From Stegostoma tigrinum (lineage: Eukaryota): a DNA stretch of 64,000 nucleotides. Below, piece by piece: positions 24,883 through 37,990 of this stretch; the stretch's first letter is position 1, and each line of letters starts with the position of its first letter. Made by a program: the position numbers and the translations under genes. The DNA is taken from contig NC_081396.1 of NCBI RefSeq assembly GCF_030684315.1, positions 3,906,001-3,970,000 of the forward strand. Reading direction: 5' to 3'. A model generated the notes under the pieces. That model had not been told where the DNA came from, made no database searches, and saw nothing but the letters and a program-made list of their open reading frames with translations.

Positions 24883-24896
24883 ACCCACTGTAGTAT
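24883..24896 (-). CDS. IGHD: DH1 segment ATACTACAGTGGGT (frames ILQW / YYSG / TTVG)
   Basis: 14 nt between two perfect CACAGTG heptamers in opposite orientation. Confidence 0.95.
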
Positions 24897-24924
24897 CACA
24901 GTGATGTAAACCTGCACAGAAGCT
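24897..24924 (+). other. D1 5' RSS (12-spacer)
   Basis: CACAGTG 24897-24903, 12 nt, ACAGAAGCT 24916-24924. Confidence 0.92.
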
Positions 24925-25295
24925 GCCCTCATTGTTTGTTCCATATTCTGCCTCAATTTTGATGTGGAATAGAGATTTAGTACTGATCATTGTGGAATGA
25001 ATGCCATAACTTGCATAATGCAATTAGCAGAGATTTCATGAGGATACAGGTGAAATCAAATTTGCATAATGTTCAAGTCTTTCATTTGTGGAACTATTAG
25101 CAGTACGTACGCCATGCCTAATACTTCATACTTTATTTTATTGCTTGTTTGGTAAGTTTTAATTGTTCATTTCCTCTGTCATAGTTTTGTCAGAAGCATT
25201 TTGAGGTCTACTTCGCATTATAGTTGTGAATGTCACATTGACGACAAGTACTCACGATTAGTTTACAGTTGTATCTACAAAGTGTCTCCTCGTGC

Positions 25296-25334
25296 TGTTT
25301 GTGTACATGTCCAACCGTTGTTCCTCACTCTGTG
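25296..25334 (-). other. VH 3' recombination signal sequence (23-RSS)
   Basis: Heptamer CACAGAG (25334-25328), 23-nt spacer, nonamer ACACAAACA (25304-25296). Confidence 0.92.
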
Positions 25335-25639
25335 GTCTCTTGCACAGTAGTAGATGGCGGTGTCTTCGAACTTCAGGCTCTTCATCTCCAACGCGAAGAT
25401 GTTGTTTGACGTGTCTTTGGACGCACTAAATCGATCTTTAATCGCTGGCGCATAGTCATTGCTTGATGAAGTATAGTAGCTAACCAACCACTCCAGACCC
25501 TGTCCAGGAACCTGCCGGACCCAATACATTGTGTAGCTGCCAAGGTCGAACCCGCTGGTTTTACAGGTCAGTCTCAGGGAGCCTCCAGGTTGGCTGTTCC
25601 CTGCCTCTGGCTGAGTCAAAGTAACCTCCGACTGGACAA
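25335..25639 (-). CDS. IGHV: VH gene segment exon ([52 protein letters not shown]...[11 protein letters not shown])
   Basis: Acceptor TTTTGAAG at 25640. Canonical V-domain Cys, WVRQ and YYCAR motifs, open frame (ORF 25275..25763), followed directly by an RSS. Confidence 0.98.
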
Positions 25640-25763
25640 CTTCAAAAAGAAAATAAAATATGACCAGTTTTACTGATGAAATGATTCCTACATCTTTTAC
25701 ATTCCAGGAGTACGTGAACACGTAAATGATAACAAACAGAAACTTGCAGAAAAAAATACTCAC

Positions 25764-25812
25764 AGGATAAGAAAGTCAGAAACAAACTGAGAAAAATCGT
25801 CGACGTTGTCAT
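25764..25812 (-). CDS. IGHV: VH leader exon ([16 protein letters not shown] + 1 nt)
   Basis: ATG at 25812-25810, hydrophobic signal peptide, phase-1 donor T|GTGAGT at 25763. Confidence 0.93.
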
Positions 25813-25900
25813 TCTGGTAACTTGGGAGAAAAGATTCTGCCAAGAACTTTTTAAACACACCCCAAATCAAGGAGTGTTGAATGAAGGTGCAGTGACCAGA

Positions 25901-25907
25901 ATTTATA
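25901..25907 (-). promoter_or_regulatory. TATA-like box of the VH promoter
   Basis: TATAAAT about 90 nt upstream of the leader ATG. Confidence 0.6.
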
Positions 25908-27559
25908 TGCTCATCAGAGGGGGCAGGTTTTGAGGCTCTGCCTGTTGGCTGGAGGCTGTGACCAGATCTTCGTACCACCTCCCACAGCCCTCACAGATGG
26001 GCTGATGTACTTATATGAGGTTATTTTTAAGCATGGGTATCTTTCCGTCTTGGGATATTTGTTTTGCTGGACATCTTGTTTGGACATAACTTTTCTTATT
26101 TTATTTCAGGCAGTAAAATTTCCAATTGGAAATTAAATCCCTTCATATCTTGAAATTCGTTGACAAGCAGATAATTCTGTTATAAATATTAAAAACATTA
26201 CCAGCTAATAAAATTGCTGACTCTTTTCGTATACACTCCAGATCACTGTCACACAACAAAACAGCATATAATTCAGAAGAGGTGTTTCTAAATTCAAGTT
26301 TGACAACTTAATGTGAATCATGTCCACAAAGATTATGTTTAGAATATTTTGTATGTGATGAAAAAGTTTACACTCAGAGATGAGATAAAGTTCCTTTTCT
26401 TGCAGAACATCTCTCCTTTAATCTTCTCCAAATTGGTCCAGTCGAACATAATCATTTGAAAATGCACAGCCAAGGAAAACTGCATTACTGATAAATAAAC
26501 AGTGAGTTTTCAGTCAAACATGACACTCAGATTGACTTTTGAAAGGTAATCCAATGAATCAAAACAGACCAGTCGATAAATTAAGAAAAAATCGCTGCAG
26601 CATCCAAATAACTGCTGGCAACCGTGTGTGCACATCTGGACCGTATAGTCAGTTAGAGAGTATACAATCATTGAAACTGATGCAGGCCACAAACAGGCCA
26701 TTGGAAGCTATGAGGGGTCCTGTTAAATAATAGTCATCAGTAAAAAGTAAGTATTACATTACACCAGCTTCAGACAATTGTAAAGGGCCCACTCAACTGA
26801 AAAGTTCAGAGAATGGTACAACAATGCATCCGAGCTCGAACCAACTAAATTTTCAAAATGTACTTTGAGATGATAACGAATATCACTGCAAAGCAAGTTT
26901 AGATCCATTGACTTCACATTAGAGAGCTTTCAAATAGTTAATAAACAGCTGAACAACCTCGAACGACCTTTGTTTGGATGGAATAAAAAAAATTACTGGC
27001 ATACAGTATATTTCCAGTTTTCTCATAGCCACCCAGTGAATGTTGTATTCAATGACTTTTTTTCAATGAAGACATGCTGAGTGACATAGATCGTTTTGTG
27101 CAAATGGCAATTTTTAATGTGTTTAGTGATGTTTTATCTGAGTTAATTCATATGGCTTTAATTTGCAAAGCACAATATCTGGCAGATATTGGACCGACTG
27201 CAGAAAAAAGATCCTGGATTTCAAAGCGTCATTTAATAGAAGAATCTGCAGTTTCTGGAGAAAATCTGAGAGTTTTCTTTTCGTTACTGTTGACTGCTTG
27301 TTTAAAAACCAGTTTCAAAACACGCCCAGCAACTCGGCATAAACAAACAAACCAAGCACCAGCGCAGGAGAAAAGTTTATTTTTCAATTGTGTCACTTTC
27401 TTGTGTCAAGAAATATTTGCACATTTTCAGACACTGTGGCAAGATGCACTATCCCGTGGAGGATCGCTTCAGTACATCATGATTTTAAGATAGGCTCCTG
27501 GATCGGAAGAATTTTGAAAAAAAACCTTTTCCTCCAACATTTAAAATAATCCCAAACCA

Positions 27560-28170
27560 TGTAATTTGCCTATCCCAGGGAAAGGACACCTGTCATTAAT
27601 CTTATCTCTACCCCTCACGATTTTATGAACATTTATAAAGACACCATTTCACCTCCTAAGCTCTCACAGAAGAAGTCTCAGTTCATCCAGACTCTCTTTA
27701 CAAGTAAAGCCCCCCAATCCAAGCAAATTCCTGGAAAATATTTTCTCAACACTCTCCACTAAATAATATATTTTCCTAAATAAGGAGACTATAACTGGAG
27801 ACATTAGCCCAGAAGAGGCCTCGAGAATGTCCTGTACAACCTCTACATGACTTCCCAGCTCCTATGCTCAAAACGACTGAACAATGAAGGCAAGCCTGCT
27901 ACACGGCTTATTAATCATTCTCTGATGCAAACGTCAATGAATTATGATCCTGAACCACTATTCTCTCTGTTCGATTGAACTCCATCTGCACTCTTCAGCT
28001 CATTGGTCTTATTGATCAAGGTCTCTTTGAAATCTTAAATAACGTACTTCATGGTCCATGAAATCAGCAATTTTGACCAGTCCAAAAGGAACCCTCCATC
28101 ATCACTCTCTGTCACTTGCCGTTTAGCCAATTGTGCATCCAAATGGTAAGTTCACCATGAATACCATGTG
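27560..28170 (-). mobile_element. Decayed CR1 LINE 3' fragment
   Basis: Similar to other CR1 3' copies in the window (e.g. 59460-59800). Confidence 0.6.
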
Positions 28171-31100
28171 ATCTAGATGGAAGAATAGAAAAGAGACAGA
28201 CAAAAAAAAATGAATGGATGCATGAACGACAAGATGGAATGACTTATGAATGCCTTGTTTTATCTGATAATGACACGGCCTTCGAAATTCTAAACTTTGT
28301 TTGCCTGCTTCTTTACTCGAGGCAGGACAATTACATTTAAAATGTGTCAGCCTATTACCTTCTGTTCTTCCCCAGTCCCATTAAAATTAAAATACTACAA
28401 GTGTCCTGAAATGACAAAATGAATTTCAGCAATAGCAGCTTGAATATCCACCTACAGTGCTCTTGATTGTTCTCTGCTGATTGTAAATCTACATCTCAAA
28501 GATACAAAACCGGCACTCGCCGAGATTCAGAGGAATCCTATCACTATTTCAAATATGTGGCTCTGTTACAGTACAATCAACATATCTTCACCAAATTTAC
28601 TTCAATCACATCAAAAGTAGATGCTTATTACACTTGTGTTTTGTTACTGTGATATGCGAGCAATTCAATTGCCCCTTTTCACACAGTTGCCCCTCTGTTT
28701 TGAGATTTGATGAACATTTTGAGACTGATATGTTGATGGGGAAAGCCTCCAACAATGTATCAACATGAGAATATTGGCGAATAACCTGCTAGGCAGGTTT
28801 CTGTTTTGTTTTAATTGAAAACAGAAGATCTTGTTAAAGTGTTTCGTAGTAAAGAAAAATAAACAATTTTTATTGATCAGCAATTTCTGAAGTGATTTTT
28901 GAAATAGCTGAAAAATTGATCAATACGAAGCGGTCCTCCTCACTTTCAGAGGCTTTCTCCCATAAACTGAGATTGTCAAATCAATTTGTGTGCAGTTTCA
29001 ATTTGCCTTCAAAAAGCAACGAATAACAAGAACTGTTTCAGCTTCAACGAACAGAAGGAGGGAAATATGAGTAAAATCACAATTCCAGCCCATGATTATT
29101 TCACAGACCACCATATTAGAAAGCAATTGACGTTCCTTAAAATTTTCACAATTCTGAAGTATCAATACGAAATTAGTTTTTCCTTCATCATGCACGATTT
29201 CAGTACATTCAGAGTTTCCTAATTTCTATTTTCTAAAACCATTGGTTCCTGGTAACTGATTGATGTCTCCCGTTTTATTAATGATTACGAACATTGCAAT
29301 CACTTTAAATTAATTGTTGTATCGCAATGTATATTTGATCTCCAATCAGCAGACTGATAAAATGCATTTTTGTGTCAAAGAAGATAAGCCAGGTTGTGCA
29401 CAATTCCGTTGAATTACTTTATAGTTCGACGTAAGGCCTATGATATGTTTTGCTACTTATAGTGTAATTCCCAGAATAATAGAGCTAATGTGGATTTGGC
29501 TTCAAGGCCACAATCACAGTCAGTGCCTGGAGAAACAGAGTAAAACAGAAGAATGGAGCAAGAGAAAACCATTCTACTATTTGAGCCTGCCTTTTTATTC
29601 ATTACAATCATGGTTTGTCGTCCAACCATGCTTTCGCCAATTACCTTTGATCCCAGTCCCCCCAACTGCTATATGTAACCACCTCTTGAATGCATCCAAT
29701 GTTTTGCAATCAAATCTTTCGTGTTGTAATGAATTCTAAGGGCTCACCACTCTTCGAGAGCACAAATGTCTTCTAATCTCAGTCCTCGATGTTCCACCCG
29801 AATTATTAGTTTGTGACCCCTGGTTCTTGAAACATCGAACATCGGGAACTCCTCCCTGTAGTATCAGGAAGGTTGCACAAGGGTGGTCATTGGGAGGTGC
29901 GGAGTCAGTCTGAGTTACAAATGCATCCACAAGTTGCTGTTCAGCCATTGAATGTGTGGGTTTCATTTTATTAATGTCTTCTGCACTGGCAGTAATTATC
30001 TGAAATGCCAATTGTGGGTCCATTCCCTGAAGTTCCCTGACAGTGTGAAAACTAAGATTCTTCTGCCATCCCAGTTTCACACACAGGATTGCGCAGTGCT
30101 ATTTCAAAGAACTGAAAGGGAATTGTCCCTGTGTTATTGGCCAATTTTATATTGTTTCAGCCACAGTCACAAAAATAGATGGCTACATCATGACATCATT
30201 GTTTTTTTGGTAGTCCTTGTGAACACATTGCCTGCTGAAATGTCTACAATACCATCCTGAGTATAATTTGCAGATGCATCTCTTGCTCATAAGCGCAAGG
30301 GTCTCGAGGGAATAGTGAACCAATCCTCAAATAACCAATTTGCTTTGGTCTTCGTGAAAACTAAGTTGCGTAAATCATTGAAAGGCATGTGTCTTTACTT
30401 TCGCTAATTTATGTTGCTGTTCTTGTCTGATTACAGACAAGTTGATTGTGAAATGTACATGGAATATGTGAGCTTTAATTGCCATGTCAGCTCACTTTGA
30501 TCAGTAAGCCTAGAATAGTTCCAATGACTGTAGAAATAAAAAGATAGAACCGGGGCATTCAGCTTCTCAGATCTGAGCCAACTGTTTACAACAACTGTTG
30601 AGATCATCACAAGCAAAGACTGCACTCACATTTCGTCCAGAAGCTAGTATTTACAGCATGGGAGATCATATCTGTCTTCAAAACTGGAGTATACCTTACG
30701 CGCGTTTTTTGACTGCAATGTTTGCTCATTATCTGTTCCCTGTTTTAATCAAATTTTGTTGCAAATTCTCGAGAACAACGAATGATTTCCACAGTTCCTG
30801 ATGAAGCATTCGTCAATGAGCTATCAATCAGTGTTCACCAGAACAAGGAAAACCATGGCAATTGAAACAAATTAACACACCAACACAGACATACTTGTGA
30901 ACACGCGCGCACACGGACACACAAACACATTGAATACAAAAAAAAACACATGCATACACACTCAAACACACACACAACTCATTACAGACAGAACGTAAAC
31001 ATGTTATAGTATGTTTAGTCGGATCAGTTAAGATTGGGAAACAAAATCACCAGCCAGGAAATTTTAGTTTGGGTGGATTTATTCATGTTGGAACAGTGGA

Positions 31101-32389
31101 ATTTGAGAGGACTTTTTTTTCTTGAGATTTACACAAATATCATGCTGTGCAAAAGACGAGAGAAAAACCTCTTGAACGTAGGGGCATGCTCTGTAAATAA
31201 AATGCTGAGATATAAGTGATCGGCTGGAAGGTTCAGGATGCTCAGTTCAGAAAAAAGATGGTGAAGGTCGGAACAGTCATAACATTTAAAATGAGTTTGG
31301 TGATATACTTCAAGTGCTATAACCTTCAGTCTTACAGTTAATACGCCGGACAGTAGGCATAGGCTGGAAGGTTCTGTTTTCTTTTGGCACAGTTCCAATA
31401 GGAGAATTCATTGTTTCTGTGGTGAAAATCTTCAATAGCTCGAAATCCATGCTTGTGCAATTCAGAGGCTCTAATTCACCTGCTTTATAAAAGGAATGTC
31501 CCAAACTTCCATTTCGATCATATCAAATTTTAATAAACTTAAACTCTGCCTGTTTCGGGAATTAACGATCTAATGTTCCCCAGACGATGCCCAGGGCTAC
31601 GTCCCTTGATTCAGCTAGGGTCAGCAAAATGAATGAACAAAGTTAAAGATATTAAACTTACTTTGATATAAATAAGCCACGTCCATCTGCAGTAGACATA
31701 ACTTAAGTTTCAAAACATTGCACCGCAGATAGATGAGCCGTCATGGCATTAGGAATGGTTTTGTTCGAATCATTGTAGGTGGATTCCTTACAGCAACAAG
31801 TGTGAACAAATTTGTTTTGTCCTCGTTTTGGTTTAACACACTGAATGTTGCTCCAATCCGATTAATTGGACACGTCCTTCATAACAGACAGCAGAGCAAA
31901 TTCAAGAAATCATGGACCAAAATCAACAGTTGTTCTTTAGACTCAAGGGAAGTCCACAGCGTTATTCTGTAGGTGTTACTGCTTCGACTTCTGATTGTTT
32001 GCTTTTATGATTTTGACAAAGACATTGAAGTATTTCACAATTTGCTACAACAAGAGACAGGTAACTATTCTGAACCAGAGGAACGTGGTTCAGAATTTCA
32101 TTAGGATCTAGTGAGGTTTGTGGATTGGGTCTCGGAGAGATCCATGAAATTTAGCACAGAAGCTTTTGACATGATTTACTAAGGGCAGAAAAGTGTGGAG
32201 CGAGAACACAGAAGATTGAGTACAACATGTAATAATGCATAAAAAACAAGAAGGGTATTTGAAAACAACAGGTTAGACCTCAGTTGAGTGCATCTTCACC
32301 TTTGGGTAGCAATTCAAGGCCTGACATAAAACTTGTCTTCAAGATTCAAGAATGTGCATCCAATCAAGGGGCTTTCATTAAATGGCATG

Positions 32390-34450
32390 TTGTAGAACAA
32401 AAACAAAGTTGCTGGAAAAGTTCAGCAGGCCTGGCATCATCTGTGGAGGAGAAAACAGAGTTAACATCTGGGGCCCTTCCTCAGAACTGATGCCGGCTGG
32501 GCAAAACATCAGTTTACATGCAAAAATTGTGATGTGGGTGGGGTCGGGACTTATGGATATGATAGAGCCCAAAGAGAGAGAAAGACAGTTGGACAGAAAA
32601 ACGATTTGCTAATGATCAGCCTGGGAGGGTGAAGAGTTGTGAATGGGAACTGTTCGTGACTGACAAACGTGGGGTCTGGAGTGGCAGGCAATTTGTTAGC
32701 AAGTCCTGGTGTGTGGGCTCGGGGGCTGGGACATGGGAGAGTTTCAGCCCTCAAATGATTGAACTCAATATTGAGTCCAGAGGGCTGGAGGGTCCCCAAG
32801 TGGAAAATGAATTTTTTTTTCAGCCAGCTTGCGCTGGGCTTCACTGGTACTCTGCAGAAAGACGGAGACAGAGATGTTGGCCAGGGAGCAAGGTGGTGCT
32901 TTGAAGTGGAAGGGAACAGATAGTTCAGGGTCTATTTTGCGAGCAGAATGTAGATGTTCTGCAAAGCAGTCACCAAGTCTATGCTTCGCTTCCCCAATGT
33001 AAAAGTGACCACAGTGTGAGCAGGGAATGCAGTAGACTAGATTCTTGGAAGTGCACGTGATGTGTTGCTTCACCTGGAAGGTATGTTTGAGCCCTTGGAC
33101 ACCGGGGAGGGAGGAGGTAAATATGCAAGTGTTGCACCTTTGCCAGTTACAGGGGCATGTCCCATAGGGCTGTGGAGGGGTGCTGCCGGTGAAGGAAGTA
33201 TGGACCAAGTTTTCCCAGAGGGAACAGGCCCTGCGGAATTCAGCCAAGGGAGTGGAAACGAATATGCCCCTGGCGGTGGCATCCTGCTGGAGGTGCTAGA
33301 AATGGCGTCCGATGATTTTCTGGATGTGGATGCAGGTGGGATGGTAGGTGAGGAGAAGGGGAACGCTATTGCTGTTGTGGGAGGGAAGAGAAGGCATGAG
33401 GGCGATAAAGTTAGGGTTAGGGTTAGGGTTGTGTTAGGTGCATGAGGTAGCTTGGACCTGATTGGGTTCAGAGGTGGGGAATCCTCAGTTGAGGAAGAAT
33501 GTGGACATTTCAGAGGCTCCTTTGTCAAAGTTGGCTTCAGCCTAACATATGCTATGGAGGCAGAGAAACTGAGAGAATAGGATGGAGTCTTTACTGGAAG
33601 TGGGGTGTGAGGATGTGTAGTCCAGGTAGCTGTGGGAGTCGGTGGGTTTACGGAGGATATTAGTGGCCAGTCTATCCCCAGAAATGGAAAGAGAAATGTC
33701 GAGGAAGGGAAGGGAGGAGTCAGAGATAGGCCAGGTGACAGTCAGGGCAGGGTGGAAATTGCGGTTGAAAGTAAGGAAGTTTTCCAATTCTTGACGAGAA
33801 AGGGAAGCAGCACTGATGATATCATCGATATGTCTGAGAAAGATCCGTGGGTGGCGGCTGGAATCGAACTGGTACAAAGAATGTACCAGGTACCCGACAA
33901 AGAGACAGGCTTACCTCATGCCCATGTGGGTGCCCAGAGCAATCCCTCTTATCTGAAAAAAAAAATGAGAGGAGTTGTTAGAGAAATGTTTGAATCCATC
34001 ATAAGACATCAGATGAATCATGGATGTATGTGGGTAGGGAAGGAATGGGTGGAGAAGCTTGAGTCAAGGCAGGAATAGATGAGATCTGTGGGGCATGAAC
34101 AGGCTGAAACAATGGGCCTGCCCGGACAGCCCCGTTTTTGGATTTTTTGAAGGAGGTAGAAACGAGTTGTGCGGGTTGAGGGACTATTAACTTGGAAGCG
34201 GATGAGGGGAGATCACCGGATGAAATGAGATCAATATGCAACGTGGATACAATGGCTGGATTTGCCATGGTGGAGTCATGGTCAAGGGGAAGGTAGGAGG
34301 ATGTATCTGCGAGCCTGGGGTCATCCTCTGTAACAGAGAGGTCAGTATGCTAGACAACAATAGCACGCCCCTTATTGGCAGGGTTGATGACAAAGTTAGG
34401 GTTAGATTTGAGTGCACAGAATGCAGTCAGTTTGGAGGCATGTTGTAGAA
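32390..34450 (-). mobile_element. Penelope-like retroelement, decayed (RT + GIY-YIG endonuclease + terminal repeat)
   Basis: RT remnant FLRHIDDI...LPFLDISLSISGDRL...KPTDSHSYLDYTSSHP (33542-33877). GIY-YIG remnant NLVYCIPCSHCGHFYIGEAKHRLGDCFAEHL (32765-33247). Terminal-repeat-like tract at 32390-32520. Confidence 0.92.
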
Positions 34451-35168
34451 GTTGGGCAGCTTTTTTGTTACAGAAATGTATGAGAGGTGATTGATAGATA
34501 TGTTAAAAATAATAAGGGGCTTGACCGGATAAACAAGTGGACCAACGATGACTTGAAGAAACCAAATTTCATGACACAATACGTCGCTAGGTCGTGGAAA
34601 GCACTTCTTCAGAATATAGCGCAGGCAGCAGGAACTGCATACTTCCAGAAGGCATTCGCTCATTATCTAAAATAGAAACAATCAAAGTGATTGACTTTTC
34701 AGAGGTTTAAAGCAGACAGGAATCGCAGAAACTCCATAATTCTCTTCATCCAGAGCAAATGCCAAAAGGCACAACTGGAATAGTTGTTTTTTTGTTCCAC
34801 AGCGTTGACACAACAATGCATTTCACTTAATCTTGTCGTTGACCATGTCAAAGCAAATCATTTCTTAGTTGTTTCTGTGATAAGGCATGATTAGTACATA
34901 CATCATTGAACCAAAATCCTCTTTAAATTTGATTTGGTATTCTTATGTAAGACTATGCTCAATCATGTCATGGATAATATTACACTATGACTTTCTGAGA
35001 TGTAAATCAAAATCGCACTGTGCTTTTTCTATGCAACATCCATCACGTACTGTTACGAGAGCCTTCGCTTCTGTTGTTGTTCTTAAAGCCCGTTATCAGC
35101 AACTTTTATTTTATACGATTTATACTATTATAATCTAAGCATTCGGAATGTCAACTAAACTTATGGAA

Positions 35169-35266
35169 CTTTTGTGCTCCTGAGATGCTGCTGGGCCTTG
35201 CGGTGTTCATCCATCTTCACACTTTGTTATCTTGGATTCTCCAGCATCTGCAGTTCACATTATCTC
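35169..35266 (+). mobile_element. Half copy of the short palindromic element family
   Basis: Near-identical to 57546-57641. Confidence 0.75.
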
Positions 35267-36099
35267 TAAACTTATTCCACGTTTTGTTTTAACGTTGACT
35301 CAACTGCCATTGACTGTTCTGTGTGGCCCTTGGTTAATCAGGTCTGGCTTTGGTGTAATATTTGCAAAAAAGTTTGCCATTACGCTAATAACAACAATAG
35401 AATTCGGTGGGGCATAAGGGAAGAGCAAGACGAATGCTGTACTCAAAGGGAATGGCTCTTGGGTAAGATAAAAGAAGACGCTAATCTCTATGATACAGAC
35501 CACGGCAGGATCTAGTGTAGATTAGCAACAGACGCTTACTTGTTCAGCAATGTTATGAAATTATTGTTGCAGGAAAGAAAGTAAAAGACACAGCCCTCCA
35601 TTGAGTGCAAGCTTCATTACTAGTGTGTTTGAACTGACAACATTTGAGTCTGAATTGTTTGTTTTCTTTTATTTTCCCAACTGGAGGATAGACACAGTGG
35701 CCTCTTGGATTTAGCACAATTGAAGGTGTCATCCAGCCCCGGCATATGTTGGAAATTGAATTCACATTCAAACAAACTGGAATTAAGAGTGTACTGATAT
35801 CTGTGGAAGCCTTGCTGGTCGTCAGAAAAAAAAACTGATTCACTTCTGTCCTTCAAGGAAGGAAATCTGCAATCCTCAACTGGTCTCGCCTCCATGCGAA
35901 AACATTTTGGCAATCGAAATGAAGACTTGTGCTCCAAAACTTGCTGCTTTCCGAGCCAAGTCGTTTCAGTGCAGTTACAAGACTGAAATCTATCCAACAA
36001 TGAGGAAAATTGCCAATGACGTGCACATAAAAAAGGGAGCTATATCCAATTTGGCAATTACTGCCCAATCAGTCTGAAGTCGATCATCAGTACATTTGT

Positions 36100-37380
36100 G
36101 TGAGGTGACGTCAACAATGCTATCAAGCAGAACCTGCTCGGCAATAAACTGATTAGTGCTGCCCAGTTTGGAGTCCGCCAGGCCACTCAGCTTCTGATAT
36201 CATGGCAGCCTTGGTCCAAACATGGGCAAAAGAACTGAATTCCAAAAGTGAGGTTTTAATGGCCGCTCTTATCATCCAGGCTGCATTCGAATGAATGTGG
36301 CATCAAAGACCCCGCATAAAATTGGAGTCAATGCATATGAATAGGCTAAATTTCTGGTGTTTGGATTCTCACATGACATACGGAAGATAGTCCTGGTTGT
36401 TGGAGGTCTGTCATCTCAACTCCATGACATCTCTGCAGGAATTCACCAGGCTACTATCCTAAGCCCAAACATCTGCAACTGTTTCATCAATGACCTTCCC
36501 TCCATCATAAGGTCAGAAGTGGGGATGTTTAACGATGAATGCACAATGTTCAGCACTATTCACGACTCTTCAGTGACTGAAGCACACCATATTCAAATGC
36601 AACAAGATTTGGGCGACATCCAGTTGTGTGTTGACAAGCAGCAGGTAACATTTGCGCCACATGAATATCAAGTTGTAACTAACATGCATAAAGAAGCAAT
36701 ATAACCAGCACCCCCGGCAGTCAACAGTGTTATCATCATTGCAAACCTTAATATCAACATCCTGGGGCTTATCATTGGCAAGAAGTTCCAACTGAACTTA
36801 CAACAGAAACACAGAGGCTACAGAAGCAAGTGAGAAGCTAGGAATACTGCGGCGAATAACTGACTTCCTTACTCCTCAAAGTTTGTCCAACATCTGCAAG
36901 GCACAAGTGCGATGTGTGATGGATTACTCCATATTGCATGGATGAGTGCAGCCTCAACAACACTCAAAGAGCTCGACACCATCCAGGACAATGCAGCCCA
37001 CTTGATTGGCATTACATTCACAAACAAACAGTCCTTTCACCACTAATGCTCAGTAGCAGCAGTCTGTTCTAACTACAAGGTAATCTGCAGAAATTCATCA
37101 AAGATCCTCAGACACTATCTCCCAAATGCTCGACCAATTCCATCAAGCAGGACAAGGGCAACAAACATATAGGAATGCCATCATGGTCAATTTCCTCTCC
37201 AACCCACTCACAATCTTGAGTTGGAAATATATCACCGTTCCTTTGCGACAACTGGGTCAAAATCCTGGAATACCCCCGTTAATGGTATATTGGACTGCAG
37301 TGGATCAAAAAGAGGCATCGCACTATCAGTTACTCAAGTGAAACTCAGGATTGGCAGTAATGCCGGCTAGACAGAGAAGC
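36100..37380 (+). mobile_element. L2/Jockey-group LINE RT fragment with 3' tail, decayed
   Basis: ISAGIHQATILSPNICNCFINDLPSIIRSEVGMFNDECTMF...MQQDL (RT motifs derived from GVPQG and FADD). Confidence 0.85.
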
Positions 37381-37739
37381 CTGTACATAATATATATATA
37401 ATGTATTTTTTAAAAATGAACATATGTTACAGGATCCAAAAACATTCTATGTTTTCTGATTCTTATCAACAGCTTGCCAATTTTTCTCAACAAGCAAGAG
37501 CCACAGTAGGAAGTTCGGGAAAATCAGTGTTTGGATATTCTGCTAGAAGCAAATTACAAGTAAAAACATTAAACACGAGACGCTGACAGAAGGAATGTCA
37601 GTATCATAATTGTAATAACATTTGAAACTTTGGCCAAAGTGGACTTTTTATGTAGTCATGGTTTCTGACAGATATCAGACTGTAATCAACCTTTACAACA
37701 AGCTCTTTCAAAGAGAGACAATCTCCCACCGAGTCCTCA

Positions 37740-37990
37740 GCGACTCTCCAAAGGGCGCCCCATCCGAACCCTTCCCGGAGCTCAGGCAGAAAACCTACAC
37801 ATCCCGAGGCACTCTGGGTAATTTTGAATTGCTGATCGACCCAACTTGCATAGTTCTGGGTTGTGGATGAAACTGAAGCAGCTGGCAGAAATACAAAAAG
37901 GTGTAGACTCCACACAGTCAGTGGCCTGAAGATGGAATCAAATGCAGGGCCTTGACGCGACTGGCTGTGCTAATCACTGAGCCACTGTTC
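37740..37990 (-). mobile_element. HE1/V-SINE-like element, decayed
   Basis: tRNA-like head (CAGTGGCTCAGTGATTAGCAC on the minus strand near 37988) plus a core similar to 14290-14600. Confidence 0.6.

Larger units (their letters stand above)
4187..25812 (-). other. IGHM: Immunoglobulin heavy-chain (IgM) minilocus in cartilaginous-fish cluster organisation: L-VH-D1-D2-JH-Cmu1-Cmu2-Cmu3-Cmu4/sec-TM1-TM2, unrearranged
   Basis: All segments were located by hand with GT-AG boundaries, compatible splice phases and RSS. One V, two D, one J and one C set within about 22 kb is the established shark IgH cluster layout. Confidence 0.97.

Noticed and set aside
4187-25812. Assignment as IgW, IgNAR or germline-joined IgM1gj
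   Set aside because: Four Cmu-type domains including Cmu2, an IgM tailpiece, a conventional VH with full FR2/CDR2, and unjoined segments all indicate conventional IgM.
26000-32300. Numerous 60-140 aa ORFs upstream of the VH
   Set aside because: No recognisable domains; consistent with random ORFs in AT-rich intergenic and repeat DNA.
33062-34078. Long plus-strand ORFs
   Set aside because: Antisense shadows of the Penelope-like ORF.
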